Shown: positions 1 to 9,676, counted from the first letter of the stretch. The stretch: 64,000 nt of DNA from Candidatus Omnitrophota bacterium (GCA_043814605.1 JBDRJV010000037.1:31899-95898), one strand, 5' to 3'. The notes: generated by a model from the letters alone, not told the origin. A program made the numbers and translations.

Positions 1-53
1 AGTAAGTCTTGATTATTTAGCTATAGGAAATTTTTTGATTAAAGGAGAAAATA

Positions 54-833
54 ATGAAAAAAATAGATAATCGTAATTTATTTAAAAGATCACTTGATTG
101 GTTATTTAAAGAAGAAGATAATTCTTCTCAAAACTCGAGTGAAGAAGAAATCATTGAAATAAATATTTGGCAAATAGTAATAATTTTTATTCTGGTAGCC
201 GGGTTATTCTTGTTAAATATTTATCCTAAAATTGCAAAAAAATTTTTTCAAAGGCACAAAAATAGTAATTTTTCTTATGAATATATTGAAGAAAATATTG
301 AAAAAAATTATTTTGCTGGTAATCAAACAATTAAAAATGGTGATTTTAGCCAAGGGCTTATACACTGGAGCACATCTGATGGGGGAAAAGTTTTTAGAAA
401 TTCAAAGAGTAAAATGACTTTAGAAAAAAATGATTTTCATTCACCTCCCTACGCAATGAAAATCGAATCAATCGTACCGGCAAATCGATATTACTATACT
501 AAAACTGAGAATAGTGCGGTTATCAATAGTGCTTTTGATTTTTACGAAACTGAGCATTGGTTGGGTATTCTCCCTCAAGTTAATGCTAAATTGAGTTTGT
601 GGTATAAGGGGGATGTGCCGCGTGTATCATTGCACTGTCTGGATAAAAGGGGCAAATGGATAGGCTTAGGATCTGTTTCCGGGCCAGCTACAGATGAGTG
701 GACATATTTAGAAATTATGAAAAAAATACCGGAAAATGGCCGGGCGATAACATTTGATATTGTTTTAAATCAGGCTCAAGGCATGCCTCTTCCTGTAATT
801 ATCGTAGATGATGTTTTTTTATCAGTCGAGTAA
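54..833 (+). CDS. Membrane-anchored protein with a C-terminal CBM4_9/galactose-binding-like (jelly-roll) domain
   Basis: 259 aa ORF with the RBS-like aaaggagaa just upstream. It has one N-terminal TM helix (IWQIVIIFILVAGLFLLNIY). The C-terminal region opens with NGDFSQGLIHW, resembling the NG-x-FE-x-G-x3-W signature of CBM4_9-type domains. Motif-level call only. Confidence 0.4.
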   Translation: MKKIDNRNLFKRSLDWLFKEEDNSSQNSSEEEIIEINIWQIVIIFILVAGLFLLNIYPKIAKKFFQRHKNSNFSYEYIEENIEKNYFAGNQTIKNGDFSQGLIHWSTSDGGKVFRNSKSKMTLEKNDFHSPPYAMKIESIVPANRYYYTKTENSAVINSAFDFYETEHWLGILPQVNAKLSLWYKGDVPRVSLHCLDKRGKWIGLGSVSGPATDEWTYLEIMKKIPENGRAITFDIVLNQAQGMPLPVIIVDDVFLSVE

Positions 834-836
834 AAT

Positions 837-2510
837 ATGAGAGAAACTATAAATTTAAAACAAAACATAGATTCAAATAAAACATTTATAACTTTGCTTG
901 CTGTATTATTAGCATTCCACTTTTTTAGTAATGCTTATTTATTAACCAAAAATCCCTTACCAGAAGGTAAGGACAGTTATGCGCACATTATGGGTTATTT
1001 GAATTTTTCTGATATTTTACAACAACGAACCAAGAGTTTATTTTACCAACCAGAGAAAAGTTTATTTTATAACATATTTTTTTCTGTTTTTGACTATCCG
1101 GTATTTTTTTATTTAACTGTTTTTTTTATAAATATGATTTTCGGTAATTTTATATTTTATTGTATAATTTTTACTTCAACAGTATTTTTTTTACTGCTGT
1201 TAATCGCAGTTTATAAAATCGGATGTTTTCTCAACCCGCAAACAGGTATTTTAGCTGCGGTAATTTGTTCTTCTTTCCCGATTGTTTTTATTACAGCGCG
1301 ACATTTTAATTTAGAAATAGCTCTGAGTGCTTTAGTTTGTGTAAGTATCTGGATGCTATTAAGAACAAATTTTTTTACAGAACGCTTATTTTCTATTTTA
1401 CTGGGTATTATTTTAGGTTTAGGGATGTTAACGAAACAGTCTTTCCTGATATATGTTTTAGGACCGATCGCCATAATTTTATACAAATGTTTAGTAGTTC
1501 GCGATCGCGATATATTTTTTACAAGCATTAGGAATATTATTTTTTGCTTTGCAATTGCACTGCTTTTAAGCTTTTATTTTTATAGCCAAGGCGATATTTA
1601 TATGAATATTAACACAAGAATAAACTTTACTGGTGCAGTTAACGGCAATAATATTTTTCAAACACAACATTTGATGTATTATGTAAAATCATTAACATTA
1701 AGTTTAGGCTGGGGATTTACTTTGCTGTTAATATTTTCTTTATTTAGTATCAGGAAAATTACTCAACCGCTGCGGTTTTTACTAATTGCCTGGTTTATAT
1801 TTCCGTTATTAGTTTTTACTTTTATAAAAATTAAATATACTGAATATTCTATTGCCTATCTACCGGCAGCAGCGATAATTTCCGGATCAGCAATCAGTTT
1901 AATTAGAAATATTAAATTAAAAAAAATTTTAATAATTAGTATTTTAGTTATGGCTACAGTGAATTTTTTTATGTTATCTTATTTTAATTTTAAATCATTT
2001 TTTACCACATATTATTACCAAAATCTCAAAGGGGAACTTATTGAGAGTGATCAGATCACTGGGATAAGTCAGATCGAAAGGAAAACAGAATTTAAGGATT
2101 TGTTAAAAAAATTAGGCAATTCTGGCAAAGCAATAGGAATTTTTTATGATGATATAAACCTGCAATTCCCGGCTTATTTCACCAGGTTTATTAGTGTAGA
2201 AACAAAAAAACAAGTTCAAATATTGGATATGCTATTTCGCATCCCTTTATTTTTCAACAAGTTAGATCGGATTGACAGTTTAATTTTTGTTTCCTGCTCA
2301 GGGCAGGATTGGATCAGCGAGAAATCTTTTTTTAAGTTTGAGCAGGATTTAAATAAACAAACTTTTTACAGATACAAATTTAGACCGTATTTTTTGGAGA
2401 GAATCCTGGCGGCTAAAAAAAATTTTATATTAACGCACAAACTAGGTTTTGAAACCACAGGGAATAAATTGCAAAAGGAAAATATTTTTATTTATAAAAG
2501 GATGCCTTAA
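837..2510 (+). CDS. Polytopic GT-C-type glycosyltransferase (ArnT/PMT_2-like)
   Basis: 557 aa with many hydrophobic helices over the first ~380 aa, then a soluble C-terminal domain. The first loop contains an acidic residue (PLPEGKDSYAH). The architecture is typical of polyprenol-phosphate-sugar-dependent GT-C enzymes. It starts 4 bp after the previous gene. Confidence 0.5.
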   Translation: MRETINLKQNIDSNKTFITLLAVLLAFHFFSNAYLLTKNPLPEGKDSYAHIMGYLNFSDILQQRTKSLFYQPEKSLFYNIFFSVFDYPVFFYLTVFFINMIFGNFIFYCIIFTSTVFFLLLLIAVYKIGCFLNPQTGILAAVICSSFPIVFITARHFNLEIALSALVCVSIWMLLRTNFFTERLFSILLGIILGLGMLTKQSFLIYVLGPIAIILYKCLVVRDRDIFFTSIRNIIFCFAIALLLSFYFYSQGDIYMNINTRINFTGAVNGNNIFQTQHLMYYVKSLTLSLGWGFTLLLIFSLFSIRKITQPLRFLLIAWFIFPLLVFTFIKIKYTEYSIAYLPAAAIISGSAISLIRNIKLKKILIISILVMATVNFFMLSYFNFKSFFTTYYYQNLKGELIESDQITGISQIERKTEFKDLLKKLGNSGKAIGIFYDDINLQFPAYFTRFISVETKKQVQILDMLFRIPLFFNKLDRIDSLIFVSCSGQDWISEKSFFKFEQDLNKQTFYRYKFRPYFLERILAAKKNFILTHKLGFETTGNKLQKENIFIYKRMP

Positions 2511-3572
2511 ATGCTGCAAAGTATATATTTTCAATTAAATAATTTTATGGCTTTTTACAATCTTTTTTCAGTACGGCAAGCAGCCAGTTTTTTACAAAAT
2601 TTGCCGTTATCAATTAATTTATTGAGAACGGCAAAGTGTAATTTAAATTGCCGGATTTGCTCAGCTAAAGACATGCTTAATATAGGGAATGAATTAACCA
2701 CGGGTGAAATCATCAGCTTTATTGAAAAAAATGCAGAGTATAAACCGATTTTTTTTATCGGAGGAGGAGAACCTTTTATCCGTAAGGATATCCTGGAATT
2801 TGCCAGAGTGTTCAGCCGGAATAAATTAAAATACGGGATTGTTACTAATGGGACTTTGCTTAATCCCGAAATTATGGGTGAATTGTTCAATAATAAATTA
2901 AATGTGCTGATTTTTTCTTTACATGGCAATCAGCTGCAGCATGATAAGGTGACCGGTAAAAGTGGGGCATATAGTTTAATTAGTAATAATATAAAATTTG
3001 CTGCGAAAAATAAGAAAAGTACTAAAATAATTTTAAATTTTGTAATAAATGAGGAGAATTATTTACAGCTTGAGCAAATTATTAAATTTGGAAAAAATCA
3101 AGGAGTAAATCAAGTAAGAATTGAGCATTTAATTTTTTTAACAAAAAATGAATACAAGCAGCATTTAGAAGTTTGCCGGAAACTTTTTCCAAAGAACAAT
3201 ACAAATCTTGTAATTTTTAAAAAGGATATTAATAATTTGGAAATTGGTGATTTTTTAAAAAAAGAGATACCTCGCTTAAAAAAGAAATACAAAAATTTTG
3301 TTTTATTTAAACCGCATTTGAGTCAAGCTGAAATTGAATCATGGTATTGTGAGAATTTTCAATTAAATCGTAAGTGTTTTTTTGTGCAGCATTCAGTTTT
3401 TGTAAACCCAAACGGAGATATTGTTCCCTGTCAGTTTTTAGGAAATTATAAACTAGGGAATATCAAGGAGGTTGAGTTAGTTGATGCCTGGCGAAATAAA
3501 GCCAGTCAAAATATTAAAAAAACTTTAAAGCAAAAGATTTTACCCGGATGTAACCGATGCTGTAAATTATGA
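2511..3572 (+). CDS. Radical SAM enzyme with C-terminal SPASM/twitch-like Cys-rich domain
   Basis: CxxxCxxC motif in RTAKCNLNCRICSAK and a GGE motif in FIGGGEPFIRKD. C-terminal cysteines occur in NPNGDIVPCQFL and LPGCNRCCKL. Confidence 0.8.
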   Translation: MLQSIYFQLNNFMAFYNLFSVRQAASFLQNLPLSINLLRTAKCNLNCRICSAKDMLNIGNELTTGEIISFIEKNAEYKPIFFIGGGEPFIRKDILEFARVFSRNKLKYGIVTNGTLLNPEIMGELFNNKLNVLIFSLHGNQLQHDKVTGKSGAYSLISNNIKFAAKNKKSTKIILNFVINEENYLQLEQIIKFGKNQGVNQVRIEHLIFLTKNEYKQHLEVCRKLFPKNNTNLVIFKKDINNLEIGDFLKKEIPRLKKKYKNFVLFKPHLSQAEIESWYCENFQLNRKCFFVQHSVFVNPNGDIVPCQFLGNYKLGNIKEVELVDAWRNKASQNIKKTLKQKILPGCNRCCKL

Positions 3573-4117
3573 AAATTTTGTTAAATAAAAGTTATAACTT
3601 ATTAAGGGATATATATTTAGAAAGCATTAATTTTACGGATAAAACTAAGCTTTTAGATATCGGTTGCGGTTTGAGGGGTAATTTTCTAAAGCTGCCTAAA
3701 TTTGTGTATACAGGTGTTGATGCTAATAAACATATTATTGCTAAATTGAGAAAGAAATCAGATGGGCTATATGAGTGTATGGATGCGAATGATTTAAAAT
3801 TTGAAAATAACTTTTTTGATTACATAATATCAACGAGTTTTTTCCATCATTGCTCAAAGAATAATATTCGTGCGATAGTAGAGCAAATAAAAAAGATTTT
3901 AAAAGATTCGGGAAAAATAATTATTGCAGATGGGGTATATCCGGATTCTAAAATTAATATTTTAGGATATTTAATTAGATTTTTTGACCGGGGTAGATTC
4001 GTGAGAAGAAAAGATGAATTCAGAGAGTTATTTGAGAATTTTTTTATTGTTAAAAAAGAAGTTTATTTTGTGAATAAGTTTTTTGCATATTACGTATTAG
4101 TAATGGAAAAAAAATAA
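3569..4117 (+). CDS. Class I SAM-dependent methyltransferase (small, Methyltransf_11-like)
   Basis: Motif I is LLDIGCGLRGN. An acidic post-I residue and FDYIISTSFFHHC are present. ATGA overlap with the upstream gene. It resembles the second small methyltransferase at 53697-54290 (FDYIILNNVLHHM). Confidence 0.7.
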   Translation: MKILLNKSYNLLRDIYLESINFTDKTKLLDIGCGLRGNFLKLPKFVYTGVDANKHIIAKLRKKSDGLYECMDANDLKFENNFFDYIISTSFFHHCSKNNIRAIVEQIKKILKDSGKIIIADGVYPDSKINILGYLIRFFDRGRFVRRKDEFRELFENFFIVKKEVYFVNKFFAYYVLVMEKK

Positions 4118-4118
4118 G

Positions 4119-5555
4119 ATGATAAATCAGTTAAAACAAAAAAAAAATAATTCAGAACTTTTAGTGTTTACAGTAATTTTAGCCTGTGGATTTTTTATGC
4201 GGCTTTTTTCTTTAATAAATTCAGATAATTTCCATGGTATTGCGGCAGGTAAAATTTTTGAAGCTCGTTATTTGCTCAAACATCCAGAGGAGCTTTGGGC
4301 TTGGATTGTCCCGGCCCATGGGCCGGTGCATTTATACTTGATCGCAATTTTATTTAAAATATTTGGTGATTATATAATTATTGCAAGATTAATAAGTTTA
4401 TTTTCCGGAGTGGCCTTATTTTTTCCCTATTATAAACTGATCAAACTTTCCTTCAGCAGAGATATTGCGCTTTTTAGTTGTTTTATCGCAGCTTTTTTTT
4501 ACTTACATGTAATTTATAGTGTGATTTCGACTGCGGAATCAATTTTTATTTTATTTTTATTTTCGGGGTTGTATTTTTATTTTAAATATTTCCAAAGTCA
4601 AAGAGTTTTTGAGTTGATAATTTCTGCGCTTTGTGTAGGAGTTTCAAGTATGTGTCGATTTGAAGGAGGGTTATACATAGTTTTATTAAGTGCTTTTTTA
4701 ATAAAAAAACCAAAAATAATGTTGATTTTTTTAATAAGTTCCTGTATGTTGCCTTGGGTTTGGATAGTTTTTAATTTTATTTTGTACGGCGATTTTTTCT
4801 ATTTTTTAACATCAAGCGATAATATCGTAAAGTATGAATTTGATAACCTAAAAGTTTACGGAACTCAATATACAATAACCGAGAGAATTTTATATTGGCC
4901 AATGGTATTAAAAGGGTATTTTGGAAATATATTATTTATTTTCGGTATAATCGGGCTTTGGTCTAATTTTCGCAACGCTAAAACTAAACTGCTGTTAGTT
5001 CTATTCCTGAGTATTTTAGGTTTTTTTATTTTTAAAACTTTTTATAAAGAACTGGCAATGCAGCCGCGTTATGGATTAAGTCTCGGATGCTTATTCATCC
5101 CGTTTATTGCAGATGCCTTATTAACTGGCTATACAAGAGTAAAAAAAATTTCCAAAAATTTAATACTGGCTCGGGATCAATTTAAAATGCTATTTTTTTT
5201 AATTCTTTTTTATATAGTAATAAGAGGATCATATTTAAGTTTAGTGCAATTACCGCATACTCCTCTCTGGGTAGAGAAAACAGCTAAATTTCTTGCTGCT
5301 AATGTAGACGAAAATAAAAATGAATTAGTGTATATTGATTCTGATGATGATAATTTTATAGAGCCGATTAAAATTTTATCGGGACTGGATGTGGACAGTT
5401 TTGTGGATATGCAGGCAGAAGGAACACATAAAGAATTGATTGAATCAGCTTCTTTAAAAAATATTAAATATCGTATTTTAATTTCAAAAACCAGGAATCT
5501 TAATTTAAAACAAATTTTTCAAGCTTCTGATTGTAAAATTTATAAAATAAAGTAA
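4119..5555 (+). CDS. Polytopic GT-C-type glycosyltransferase (paralogue set with 5561 and 8297)
   Basis: 478 aa and multi-TM, with a soluble C-terminal domain. First-loop motif is SDNFHGIAAGK. It shares CRFEGG and QPRYGLSLG blocks with the next gene. Confidence 0.5.
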   Translation: MINQLKQKKNNSELLVFTVILACGFFMRLFSLINSDNFHGIAAGKIFEARYLLKHPEELWAWIVPAHGPVHLYLIAILFKIFGDYIIIARLISLFSGVALFFPYYKLIKLSFSRDIALFSCFIAAFFYLHVIYSVISTAESIFILFLFSGLYFYFKYFQSQRVFELIISALCVGVSSMCRFEGGLYIVLLSAFLIKKPKIMLIFLISSCMLPWVWIVFNFILYGDFFYFLTSSDNIVKYEFDNLKVYGTQYTITERILYWPMVLKGYFGNILFIFGIIGLWSNFRNAKTKLLLVLFLSILGFFIFKTFYKELAMQPRYGLSLGCLFIPFIADALLTGYTRVKKISKNLILARDQFKMLFFLILFYIVIRGSYLSLVQLPHTPLWVEKTAKFLAANVDENKNELVYIDSDDDNFIEPIKILSGLDVDSFVDMQAEGTHKELIESASLKNIKYRILISKTRNLNLKQIFQASDCKIYKIK

Positions 5556-5560
5556 ATTAT

Positions 5561-7057
5561 ATGTCAAATAAAATCACTAAAAGCAGCATCATTTTAATCC
5601 TGATAATAACCGCGATCTTTATAGGTTTAAGATTATTTTTATTACTGGACACGGATACTTTTCATGGTATTGCCGCAGGAAGAACTTTGCTTGCAGAATT
5701 AATATTAAGGAACGGTTTTTATTCAAAGTTATGCTTTGTTCCCGTACATCCGCCAATACATACAGTTATGCTAGTTGCGGGATTGTTTATCTGGAATAAT
5801 CCGATAATTTTACCTGGGTTAGTAAGTTTATTTTTCGGGACGCTTACTTGCCTTCCTTTTTATTACTATAACAAAAGTGTTTTTGATGAAAAAGTGGCTG
5901 TATTTTCGCTAGCAGCAATTAGTTTGTATTCTGATCATATTGCTTATAGTATTATTGGGACTTCAGAAACAATTTTTCATTTTTTTCTTTTCAGTAGTTT
6001 AGTTTTTGCTTTATTTTTTAAAAAAAACAAGAATATGCGGTATTTTTATCTGAGTGCAATAATGATTTCAATAGCTAGTTTATGCCGGTATGAAGGAATA
6101 ATATTTATCCCTTTTTTTTCTGTTTTTTTAACTAAGAAAATAAAAAATATTATTCTCTTTCTAATTGTTTCTTTAATTTTACCGGGTATATGGATGTGCG
6201 TAAATTTTTATTTTACCGGAAATTTTATATATTTTTTAAATACTAATGATATTACCGTACCTTTACAATTTAATTGGATGCGGTTGCAGGGGCTAGATAT
6301 AAACGTTACTTATAAAATTCTATTTTGGCCGCGAGTTTTAATCAATACAATAGGAGTATTTTTTCTTTTTTTTGGACTTGGGGGAGTTATCTTTTGTTTA
6401 AAGAGAGGAGAAAAATTATTTCCGGCAGGATTAGTCATATTTATATTATGTTTATTTGTATTAAGAACTTATCAAGAAAAACTCTATTTGCAGACTCGCT
6501 ACGGCATAACCATTGGTTTATTATTAATTCCTTTTGCAATTTACTTTTTTCAGGTTACTGTTAAAAAGATTAATCGTAACTTGCCGGACTGGTTAGTTTT
6601 ATTTTTACTTTTGACCCTGATTCCTGCCTGGGGAAAGACACTTTCCCAGGAAAGCTTATTTCTCCCGGATACAGTTAAAAATATAAGCAGTTTTTTAGGT
6701 AAAGAAGTTAAAGAAAATGAAAATATTTTTATAACTTCAGAACAAAATGAAAATTATCGTGAAGTGATAAAATTAAGAAGCCGTCTTAATCCTAAACAAT
6801 TTATACTAATTCCGTATCTTGAGCCGTATGAAAACAAATTTATTATAAAACTGGAAACATTTTTTCAATATTTAGAAAAAGAGAATATTAAGTTTTTTGT
6901 CTATTCTCCAGAGGGAGAGTTAGGAAATATTCTGAAATTTGAGGGAAAAGGGGAAAAGTTTAATATGAATGGGTTCTGGTTCAAGCTTATTTATAAAAAT
7001 AGATTATATCATATTTATAAGGTAGACCCTTTAAAAGAGGGGGTAGAAGATGTTTAA
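5561..7057 (+). CDS. Polytopic GT-C-type glycosyltransferase (tandem paralogue of 4119-5555)
   Basis: 498 aa. It carries TDTFHGIAAGR, CRYEGI and QTRYGITIG blocks collinear with the upstream gene. Multi-TM with a soluble C-terminus. Confidence 0.5.
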   Translation: MSNKITKSSIILILIITAIFIGLRLFLLLDTDTFHGIAAGRTLLAELILRNGFYSKLCFVPVHPPIHTVMLVAGLFIWNNPIILPGLVSLFFGTLTCLPFYYYNKSVFDEKVAVFSLAAISLYSDHIAYSIIGTSETIFHFFLFSSLVFALFFKKNKNMRYFYLSAIMISIASLCRYEGIIFIPFFSVFLTKKIKNIILFLIVSLILPGIWMCVNFYFTGNFIYFLNTNDITVPLQFNWMRLQGLDINVTYKILFWPRVLINTIGVFFLFFGLGGVIFCLKRGEKLFPAGLVIFILCLFVLRTYQEKLYLQTRYGITIGLLLIPFAIYFFQVTVKKINRNLPDWLVLFLLLTLIPAWGKTLSQESLFLPDTVKNISSFLGKEVKENENIFITSEQNENYREVIKLRSRLNPKQFILIPYLEPYENKFIIKLETFFQYLEKENIKFFVYSPEGELGNILKFEGKGEKFNMNGFWFKLIYKNRLYHIYKVDPLKEGVEDV

Positions 7058-8282
7058 ATTGTGCCGAGGCCGAATAATATTTTCAATGGATATATTCGGA
7101 GATTTAATTAAAAGTTTTTTTAGTAAAAAAAATAATGGAGAGTTAACTATTAAAAAATTTGAAGATGATTTTGCTCAATATATTGGCAGTAAACATGCAG
7201 TTGCGGTTGCTTCGGGTAAGATGGCATTGTATTTAACGTTGAAGGCATTAGGCGCAAAGGAGGGGGATCAGATTATTATTCCTGCCTATACAGTTAGCGA
7301 AGTTATTGATGTAATTATTCTTTGTAAATTAATACCGGTTTTTGTGGATATTAATCTTAAAGACGCGAATATTGATGTATCCTTGATTGAAAAAAGAATT
7401 ACTCCGAATACTAAATTTATCTTAATGGTACATATGTTTGGATGCCCCTGTGACATTGATGAAATAATTGCAATAAGCAAAAAATATAATCTTAAAGTTA
7501 TTGAAGATGGAGCTCAGAGCTGTGGGGCTGAATATAAAGGAAAAAAAATAGGAAGTTTTGGTGATATTGGGTATTTTAGCTTTGGCATCATGAAAAATTT
7601 AAATACATTAGGCGGGGGAATGATTGTAGCGCAAAATTCTGATCGAATAAATTTTATTAGAAAACAGATAAATAAGTTTTCTGAAAATTTGATGGGGCAA
7701 CTTTTTAAAAAAACGGTTTTAGTTTTTTTTGTATCTATACTAACTACGCCGGTTATATTCTCATTTGTAGTATATCCGTTACTATTTATTATCGAAGAGA
7801 ACAGAAGAGAAAAAATATTTAAGAGTTTATTTAAAGCTAGACCTGTAACAGCACAGTGTATGGAAAAGCTAAAAGTAAAATTTTCTCCTTATCAAGCGGC
7901 GATTGGCATAGCCGGCCTTAAAAAAATTGAACAGATAAATCAAAAGCGGATAAATAATGCTAAAGTTCTAAATCAGGCTCTTAATAATATCGATGGTGTT
8001 TCTTTGATTAAAGAATCAAGTGATTCAAAAAACATTTATTTAAACTATGTGATCCGCATTAATAACAGACAAAAACTAATTAATCGTATGTTTAATAAAG
8101 GAATTGATGTAAGTGCGGGGTTTATTGAATGCTGTCCGGATTTAGCCAGATTTGAGCTTTACCAGTGCGATTGTCCTAGAAGCAGGATTTGGGAAAAAGA
8201 AAATCTATATTTACCGGTTTATCATCCGCTGAAAAGAGAAGTAATGATAAAAATTTCGAAATTAATAAAGGAAGCATTGTGA
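7050..8282 (+). CDS. DegT/DnrJ/EryC1/StrS-family PLP-dependent sugar aminotransferase with an internal hydrophobic insertion
   Basis: AVASGKMALYLTLKALGAKEGDQIIIPAYT, VIEDGAQSCGAEYKGKKIGSFGDIGYFSFGIMKNL (candidate PLP lysine) and GGGMIV match the family. An alternative start is at 7086 (MDIFGDL). Confidence 0.8.
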   Translation: MFKLCRGRIIFSMDIFGDLIKSFFSKKNNGELTIKKFEDDFAQYIGSKHAVAVASGKMALYLTLKALGAKEGDQIIIPAYTVSEVIDVIILCKLIPVFVDINLKDANIDVSLIEKRITPNTKFILMVHMFGCPCDIDEIIAISKKYNLKVIEDGAQSCGAEYKGKKIGSFGDIGYFSFGIMKNLNTLGGGMIVAQNSDRINFIRKQINKFSENLMGQLFKKTVLVFFVSILTTPVIFSFVVYPLLFIIEENRREKIFKSLFKARPVTAQCMEKLKVKFSPYQAAIGIAGLKKIEQINQKRINNAKVLNQALNNIDGVSLIKESSDSKNIYLNYVIRINNRQKLINRMFNKGIDVSAGFIECCPDLARFELYQCDCPRSRIWEKENLYLPVYHPLKREVMIKISKLIKEAL

Positions 8283-8296
8283 AAAATAATCATAGC

Positions 8297-9676
8297 ATGG
8301 AGGGTGGTTTGAATATAATTAAGAATGCCTTACGAGGAGTCGGCGGGTTATTTTTATTAGCTTTTTTTGTGCGGCTTGGTTTTTTAATGAGTTCTGATAA
8401 TTTTTACGGATTTGGGCCGATGTTAAATATTATTACCGCATTAAAGGCTTTTAATTATTTTTCTTTTTTTGAAAATATTTATTTCTGCCCTTTACCCTTT
8501 TATTTATATTCACTGGTTTTTTCAGTATGGATGGGAACGGAACAAATTATTTGCGCACAGTTTTTAAGTTTATTATTCGGCAGTTTAAGCATACCAATTT
8601 TTTATTTATTTGTAAGAAAAAATTTCAATAAACTAATCGCTTTTTATGCCGCATTAATTTTGTGTTTTTATCCGGCCCATATCATAATGAGTATTATTAC
8701 AAGCGCGGATAGTATAGGTTTTTTTCTTTTACTTGTTTGTTTAAATCTAATTTTAAATAAAAATTATTTTTACGCATCAATAATATTAGCAATAAGTTGC
8801 GGATTTACCTATTTAGCATGGGTTTTTGTGCTGATTTTAAATTTATTTATGTTTATCCAATCGGATAAAAAAAATATAAAAAAAATAATAAAATTATTTT
8901 TTTTCAGTATAATTAGTTGTTCTGTTCCTGCAGCTATCATAGTTTTAATCAAGATTAAATATTGCTCGCAAGGGCTTTTTTACAGGAATTTTTATTTAGC
9001 AGACTCATTTATGCGCTACATAATAAATTATGGCAATACGGTTAAAATCGCAATCAGGGCTTTGTTAATGCAGCCGGTTTCGGGATTTTTCCTGGTTAGT
9101 TTAATCGGAGTTTTTTTCTTTTTAAAACAAAAAAGGATAAAGTGTTATGATTTAATTTTTTTATTTGGACTCACATTAATATTGATTTGTTTAGGGATAT
9201 TTAGAGATGAAATTTGCATTTTAGGTCAGGGTGTAAACTTTTTATCAATCATGTGCATACCTTTTTTTGTTTTTGCCGTTACATCCATATTGCAAAAATT
9301 TAAAATAAAAAAGATAATCTTTGTTTTAATTTGCATTTTTTGTTTGATTTTGTTTTTAGTCAGTACTTGTTTAAAACCGAAATTACCGGAAAAAGTAAAA
9401 GAATTGAGTGCCTGGCTAAAAGAAAATATTGATGAGAAAACCAAAATTTATATAAACAAGGATGAAACAGGGTATTATAGTTCAATTATCATGCTTAGCG
9501 GTCTGCCGCAGGGTAATTTTAAATATTATAATAGCTTTGATGATTTTTCTGGCCAGGTTGATGCTGAGGATAATTATCTTATTCTTAGTCTGGAGCAATA
9601 TAGTCAAGCTAAAAATGTTCCGGGTGAGAATTTAATAGTTTTAGAAGGTTATTCTGTATATAAATTAGATAACTAG
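8297..9676 (+). CDS. Polytopic GT-C-type glycosyltransferase (third member of the 4119/5561 family)
   Basis: The track ORF begins at 8189 inside the previous gene. Plausible real starts are GTG 8279 (GTGA overlap) or ATG 8297. SDNFYGFGPM and FLSLLFGSLSIPIFY blocks are collinear with 4119/5561. Multi-TM with a soluble C-terminus. Confidence 0.45.
   Translation: MEGGLNIIKNALRGVGGLFLLAFFVRLGFLMSSDNFYGFGPMLNIITALKAFNYFSFFENIYFCPLPFYLYSLVFSVWMGTEQIICAQFLSLLFGSLSIPIFYLFVRKNFNKLIAFYAALILCFYPAHIIMSIITSADSIGFFLLLVCLNLILNKNYFYASIILAISCGFTYLAWVFVLILNLFMFIQSDKKNIKKIIKLFFFSIISCSVPAAIIVLIKIKYCSQGLFYRNFYLADSFMRYIINYGNTVKIAIRALLMQPVSGFFLVSLIGVFFFLKQKRIKCYDLIFLFGLTLILICLGIFRDEICILGQGVNFLSIMCIPFFVFAVTSILQKFKIKKIIFVLICIFCLILFLVSTCLKPKLPEKVKELSAWLKENIDEKTKIYINKDETGYYSSIIMLSGLPQGNFKYYNSFDDFSGQVDAEDNYLILSLEQYSQAKNVPGENLIVLEGYSVYKLDN

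Noticed and set aside
232-417. Same-strand alternative-frame ORFs nested in real genes (232-417, 1337-1531, 6325-6564, 25894-26094, 41215-41424, 57135-57335)
   Set aside because: They are fully nested in longer ORFs whose frames carry the family motifs. They have no RBS and no conserved features.
2555-2929. 124-aa minus-strand ORF, plus the other minus-strand track ORFs at 1211-1528, 3110-3292, 7286-7480, 9226-9444, 10597-10833, 14511-14702, 20733-20924, 20882-21094, 22451-22672, 24959-25216, 30786-31046, 32924-33172, 34097-34321, 36403-36648, 36975-37202, 39248-39499, 48118-48336, 49493-49756, 58231-58425, 58664-58849, 59095-59292, 59793-60071 and 62555-62740
   Set aside because: Nearly all lie antisense within a + strand gene that has strong family motifs. 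The exceptions (10597-10833, 20733-20924, 32924-33172) are antisense across a junction between two such genes. Their translations are low-complexity with no motifs, RBS or partner genes. They are best explained as shadow ORFs.
4138-4147. A10 run at the 5' end of GT-C gene 4119 (and many other A/T runs of 8-10 nt), considered as slippage or phase-variation sites
   Set aside because: Long A/T homopolymers are ubiquitous throughout this AT-rich window, in coding and non-coding DNA, so they carry no specific signal. This contrasts with the unique G9 tract.
8189-8296. 5' extensions of track ORFs into upstream genes (8189-8296, 9678-9689, 15776-15814, 24753-24779, 27509-27511, 38154-38198, 54913-54978)
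   Set aside because: The extended starts are TTG or other upstream codons overlapping the preceding gene. Internal ATG/GTG codons at or just after the upstream stop align better with paralogues or known N-termini, for example RsmH starting MGRHTPVM. The exact starts remain unverified.
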